This document shows positions 42,601-45,130 of a stretch of 45,130 bases of DNA, piece by piece (the stretch's first letter is position 1; every line of letters starts with the position of its first letter). The stretch is from Oscillospiraceae bacterium. GTDB taxonomy: Bacteria; Bacillota; Clostridia; Oscillospirales; CAG-272. A program made the position numbers and the translations under genes. The notes beneath the pieces were generated by a model, which was not told where the DNA came from, searched no databases, and saw only the letters and a program-made list of their open reading frames with translations. The stretch is taken from NCBI GenBank assembly GCA_015064015.1, contig SVTB01000002.1, positions 1 through 45,130 on the forward strand, written 5' to 3'.

Positions 42601-43578
42601 GTTGCCCGAAGCCATGGGAGCGGCCTTTTGCAACTCCCCTGTGGCGCGCTCCGCTAAATTCACGGTATGATAGCCACTGTACTTTTTGAGAGCAGTACGA
42701 ACAGCGATCTTATTCTTTGACATACCGTCCACAGCGTAGACGGATTCATTGTAGCTTTCGGTAGCCACAAAGACCGAAATCGCATCGTCAAAGAGCAGTA
42801 TATTTTCATCACGGCCTATAGCCCAGCCAGAAGGGGCCAGGAGCAGACGGATCTCATGGTTGTCAATGACAGTATCCCACTCGGCATCATAATATTCCAT
42901 ACCAATGACCGCCATGGAGCTATCATAGTTAGCGACAGACTCACACTTGACAAGATAGTACCCGCCGGGAGCGATCGCGGCGTCCTCGGGAAATACAAAC
43001 TGGTCAAAAGGAGCCGCTCCGTCAGACTTATAGTACAGAGACGCGCCCTTGAGAGAAACGGTATACATACTGGTGTTATAAAGCTGAACGAATCCCGATT
43101 CCATAACTGCGTCCGTATTCTTCTTGCCTGTTCCGTATACAGCGGAGATCATAACACCGTCGTAATCGTCGGCATTGCCGGGATGCAGAGAAGGATCGTA
43201 GGGCAATGTCTCCTCGGGCTCGGTAGCCTCAGGATCACCGGGGTTCAAAGGAGGCAAAGTAATCACGGGAGGACGGGTGATCTCGCCGGGATTGCTGTCG
43301 CCCGTAGGCGTTTGAGTGGAAATTTCTCCGGGATTCTCGGTTTCGTCCGGATCATCGACCGTCTCCATAGACCCGCCGGAAGAATCATCTCCTGTGACTG
43401 TCCCCGAAATCGCGGGCGAGGTTGCATCTCCTTCTTCGGTTTCGGGTATAGCCGTAGGGTCGCCGGGCGTGGGAATATCCATTGTACACGCCACAAGGCT
43501 TAACATCAAAACCAATACCAAACCTAATATAAGTAAAATCCATTTGACATTTCTTTGGGATTTTTTGTTTACCATCAT
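39649..43578 (-). CDS. 1309-aa secreted lipoprotein. Domain order: Pro/Glu/Thr linker, lamin-tail-like domain, chitobiase/Fn3-associated segment, CotH kinase-like domain, Ig-like spacer, C-terminal RCC1-repeat beta-propeller.
   Basis: Lipobox LVAC. LTD-like segment: GFVQLYNTSMYTVSLKGASLYY. YRIYYTTDGSDPT. CotH-like segment: LLLRNSGNDYGNSFIRDAYMQRV..VFINGEFWGVYNIRERY. At least six repeats of the [GD]-x-N-x-x-G-[QI]-[LM]-G type (YAWGDNRNGILA, VGSNSCGQLG, IGSNSNGQMG, LGDNTYGQSG). Confidence 0.75.
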   Translation of the reverse strand: MMVNKKSQRNVKWILLILGLVLVLMLSLVACTMDIPTPGDPTAIPETEEGDATSPAISGTVTGDDSSGGSMETVDDPDETENPGEISTQTPTGDSNPGEITRPPVITLPPLNPGDPEATEPEETLPYDPSLHPGNADDYDGVMISAVYGTGKKNTDAVMESGFVQLYNTSMYTVSLKGASLYYKSDGAAPFDQFVFPEDAAIAPGGYYLVKCESVANYDSSMAVIGMEYYDAEWDTVIDNHEIRLLLAPSGWAIGRDENILLFDDAISVFVATESYNESVYAVDGMSKNKIAVRTALKKYSGYHTVNLAERATGELQKAAPMASGNRVNPVISPRINEVTFSQPAGVYDKAFALSLKAQSGYRIYYTTDGSDPTVNGKQYTGAIQLKDSSNMAWGPTIKAGNKYIGSPASSTLPGGYVIKAYATNGTESTPVYTNTYFVIPELCDYGVTVMSISMPVDEIFGGEGFYNNYLLDPHNITGGRRRGTAIMEVFDTDGDRVGNSTVELAVSGNGSSGLPMKSFRIYYKGHLNEDGGREGNLDYDLFDGRAKDHLGQAITTFDRLLLRNSGNDYGNSFIRDAYMQRVCADTNVDYMESASTLVFINGEFWGVYNIRERYSPEYVESHYGVDKENVAVIESDYSKVHSDHMANYVVSAGIEGDADSFNAMTAYMRSHNLADPEAYAYVCSQMDIDSFIDMWVVRLFFNARDWPENNMKVWRNRNPDDPSGFDTKWHFTLLDMDMGLSFFPQNDGANTTEGANFFWFISNSGSVCGQMMRDLLKNIDFKEKFMLRYYEIVNDYLTSEYMSAEFEALVTERNPLMPLQVKRWGYSLSTWNAAVSSIRSFISNRAQYALSFFYSFFGTSAEEMENMSFRRVTISYNPDRVDVYVNGQSVPNGTQFRFEDTEREFEVSVTVKAGYALNGIVWTANSGATQREDQKTSATFKVTTSGVISVFAKRDKAGPADTNGQLISGSNYMFYLTGAGELYAWGDNRNGILALNSSSNAVTTPTFVMNNVAKVSTTQGAAIENGDSVLMTAILTKDGKLYTVGSNSCGQLGRNGKTDDARLDLVPFNGKIVDVSVGYDHMLIIDDKGVMWGIGSNSNGQMGSKNQGGTTQTFQKIAENVSMISAGRRSTVFVDDNDKLYGLGDNRWKKLSQNHGDIITTPVLLLENVVYIDSGEHQMLAVTEKGDLYYAGWRDFNSFNQGGGNNPTLRKVMSGVEKADIYFSNMVILSENGDAYVYGLNQDGGIGSPVTGGTCKKIYSGVVDVAAGYSFTAYFCDDGSIRVLGDNTYGQSGTGKIGGHVDFTEADV

Positions 43579-43661
43579 GTACCTGCACTTTCTCCCCTAA
43601 AGGGAATTGCGTAGATTCCAAAATCATATTGACTTGACCACAGGAGACAAGTATTCAATGT

Positions 43662-43690
43662 ATTATAGCATCAATATGATGATTTGTCAA
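43662..43690 (-). promoter_or_regulatory. Consensus sigma-A promoter with extended -10 for the CotH-RCC1 gene.
   Basis: On the minus strand: TTGACA (43690..43685), 17 nt, TGcTATAAT (-10 at 43667..43662). Confidence 0.7.
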
Positions 43691-43745
43691 CATATCTCGT
43701 GCGTTTTTGGCACAATGCACAATACCGATTGAGGACTATGATTAT

Positions 43746-43776
43746 ACAAAAAATCCCCCGACCTTTGTCGGGGGAT
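43746..43776 (-). terminator. Intrinsic terminator after the LamG-like gene.
   Basis: On the minus strand: ATCCCCCGAC-AAAG-GTCGGGGGAT followed by TTTTTTG. Confidence 0.85.
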
Positions 43777-43808
43777 TGAATACAGCGCAGGATCACTTTA
43801 AGTCAATT

Positions 43809-44864
43809 TTAATCTTTTTTCTTCAAAACGACGGCAGCCATAGCGGCGGTCATCACGACCAGAGCGGCACTCATACTCATCATCGCGCCACAGCCCTTGG
43901 GGGCAGCGGGATCCTTACTCGCGTCATCCGTAGCAGGAGCTTGGGTGGAAGCTTCGGTAGGTACCTTGGTAGGTGCTTCGGTGGGTGCTTCGGTAGGCTC
44001 CTCGGTAGGTGCTTCGGTAGGCTCCTCGGTAGGTGCTTCGGTGGGTGCTTCGGTAGGAGCCTCGGTGGGCGCTTCGGTAGGTGCTTCGGTAGGCGCTTCA
44101 GTGGGCTCCTCGTAGGGACCCTCAGCGGTGCCGTTAGCAACCGAGCTATTATAGGCCACTTCCTCGGCGGTCAGAACACGATCGTACACGCGGATGTTCT
44201 TAAATAGGGCAGTCTGGGTATGAGTCTCTTTGTAGTGCCCGAAGAAGAAATTATCGGCACCCATATCGTAATTGAGGAAACGCTCGTCAATCAGCTCGCC
44301 GTCAATGTAGATACAGCAAAACTCACCGGGCTCATATGTCACGGTAACGGTGGAATTCTTCAAAAGTTCCACGCCGCCGGGAATCTCAGGGCGCTCCTCA
44401 CGAGGACGACCGGAATACTTGAACTCCAGGCATCCGCTGTCAACGCGGACAAACAGGGAGAAATTATCATTGTCGCAGTTGAGGAAAGTGTGATATCTTG
44501 TGCCCGTACCCACAAAGTCGGCAAAATCGACTTCGATGGTGAACGCATCGCTGTTGATAACATCTACCACGTTCTGAGGAAAGAACTGGCGGTTGTTGGT
44601 AACCTGAAATCCTCCCTCGACAAACTTGTCATCCGCATCGGGCTCAAGAATAATGTTCCAAGAATCATCGGGATTGGCCTTGTTAACCCAAGTATCGGCA
44701 GCAAGATCAGGTGTGCCGTTGGCTTGGTTGTCAGCGCCGTCATACCATGCCACAAGACCTTTATCAATAAAGGCGGGGGCGACGGCATCATCGGCGGGTG
44801 TTACGATGATAGCGGCAGAAGTCAAAAGCAGGACTGTCAAAATGCAAAGAAGCAATTTTTTCAT
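43809..44864 (-). CDS. Secreted LamG/concanavalin-like domain protein with a (PTEA)n linker and a C-terminal hydrophobic anchor.
   Basis: Signal peptide MKKLLLCILTVLLLTSAAI. Beta-sandwich-like body (LVAWYDG.., FSLFVRVDSGCLEFKY, IRVYDRVLTAEEV). About 13 PTEA/PTEE repeats. The tail is GAMMSMSAALVVMTAAMAAVVLKKKD. Confidence 0.7.
   Translation of the reverse strand: MKKLLLCILTVLLLTSAAIIVTPADDAVAPAFIDKGLVAWYDGADNQANGTPDLAADTWVNKANPDDSWNIILEPDADDKFVEGGFQVTNNRQFFPQNVVDVINSDAFTIEVDFADFVGTGTRYHTFLNCDNDNFSLFVRVDSGCLEFKYSGRPREERPEIPGGVELLKNSTVTVTYEPGEFCCIYIDGELIDERFLNYDMGADNFFFGHYKETHTQTALFKNIRVYDRVLTAEEVAYNSSVANGTAEGPYEEPTEAPTEAPTEAPTEAPTEAPTEAPTEEPTEAPTEEPTEAPTEAPTKVPTEASTQAPATDDASKDPAAPKGCGAMMSMSAALVVMTAAMAAVVLKKKD
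43948..44112. repeat. Coding tandem repeat of about 14 units of 12 bp (GCTTCGGTAGGT-like, encoding PTEA), with a 60-bp higher-order period.
   Basis: Read directly from the sequence. 43971..44030 and 44031..44090 are near-identical 60-mers built from 12-mers. Confidence 0.9.
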
Positions 44865-44902
44865 TTTCTTAATCCTTTCCGAAATAGTGATGGGGATTTG
44901 AT

Positions 44903-44924
44903 GATTCTATTATATAATAGAATC
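44903..44924. promoter_or_regulatory. Perfect 22-bp palindrome GATTCTATTATATAATAGAATC centred on the -10 box (candidate operator).
   Basis: The first 11 nt (GATTCTATTAT) are the exact reverse complement of the last 11 (ATAATAGAATC). The palindrome overlaps TATAAT at 44909..44914. Confidence 0.5.
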
Positions 44925-44937
44925 AAGGGTTTGTCAA
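44909..44937 (-). promoter_or_regulatory. Consensus sigma-A promoter for the LamG-like gene.
   Basis: On the minus strand: TTGACA (44937..44932), 17 nt, TATAAT (44914..44909). Confidence 0.7.
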
Positions 44938-44964
44938 GAGACCAATGGTAAATTGTTGTTTGTA

Positions 44965-45041
44965 GGGGTACGGCCGGGGGAAACTTTTTGCAAAAAGTTT
45001 CCCCCATCCCCCCTTCAAAAACTCTTAAAACAAATTCATAT
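44965..45041 (-). repeat. Right copy, inverted, of the 77-nt repeat found at 1..77.
   Basis: It is the perfect reverse complement of 1..77. ORF 44861..45079 merely translates it (..GGMGETFCKKFPPAVP..). Confidence 0.9.
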
Positions 45042-45108
45042 TGATGAAAGTTTTTAGAGTTCCAAGAACCTTTTTTCAAGCGTTGCTTGCAACGCGAGGT
45101 TCATTGGT

Positions 45109-45130
45109 GGGGTTCAGGGGCAAAGCCCCT
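45109..45130. repeat. Partial further member of the repeat family at the window edge (GGGGTTCAGGGGCAAAGCCCCT).
   Basis: The GGGTTCA(A)GGGG lead-in resembles 1346..1357. It includes the short hairpin AGGGGC-AAA-GCCCCT and is truncated by the window end. Confidence 0.3.

Noticed and set aside
43948-44112. Regular 12-bp repeats considered as a possible CRISPR or minisatellite.
   Set aside because: The units are contiguous with no spacers, in frame, and encode the PTEA linker of the LamG-like protein.
1-45041. The terminal inverted repeats as ends of a composite transposon or genomic island.
   Set aside because: The interior is core housekeeping DNA (rpoD, dnaG, tRNAs, folC, gpr/spoIIP) with no transposase or integrase. 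The repeats belong to a dispersed REP-like family.

Overview
This is a 45.1-kb chromosomal window from what looks like a spore-forming Firmicute, probably Clostridia. The pointers are a gpr-spoIIP pair, a dgt-dnaG-rpoD operon, Gram-positive lipoboxes and many TTGACA-17-TATAAT promoters. I can support 31 intact protein-coding genes, one frameshifted gene (DUF1846/UPF0371), two tRNAs (Gly-CCC, Val-GAC) and a THF riboswitch in front of folT-folC. There are also many sigma-A-type promoters, many intrinsic terminators and a dispersed palindromic repeat family. I saw no rRNA, CRISPR array, transposase, integrase or clear prophage genes. Most of the window is housekeeping: yloV, folT/folC, an EF-G paralog, rpoD/dnaG/dgt, flotillin, gpr/spoIIP. 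The rest is secreted lipoproteins and orphan solute-binding proteins. The best candidate for something undescribed is a six-gene, same-strand cluster of uncharacterised membrane proteins at 25459..29845. Four of the six are divergent paralogs with a shared W-x-E-[IV]-K-[SD]-W-G domain. The cluster sits directly downstream of flotillin and is preceded by an unusual mirror-symmetric array of 4 GATAC + 4 GTATC pentamers (29874..29953). Other notable items:
- A perfect 77-nt inverted repeat bracketing almost the whole window.
- A highly structured leader in front of flotillin.
- An XRE-S24 (LexA/CI-like) repressor with a long low-complexity linker.
- A 1309-aa LTD-CotH-RCC1 lipoprotein next to a LamG protein with PTEA tandem repeats and a non-LPXTG C-terminal anchor.
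All functional calls come from motif recognition by eye. No database search was run.
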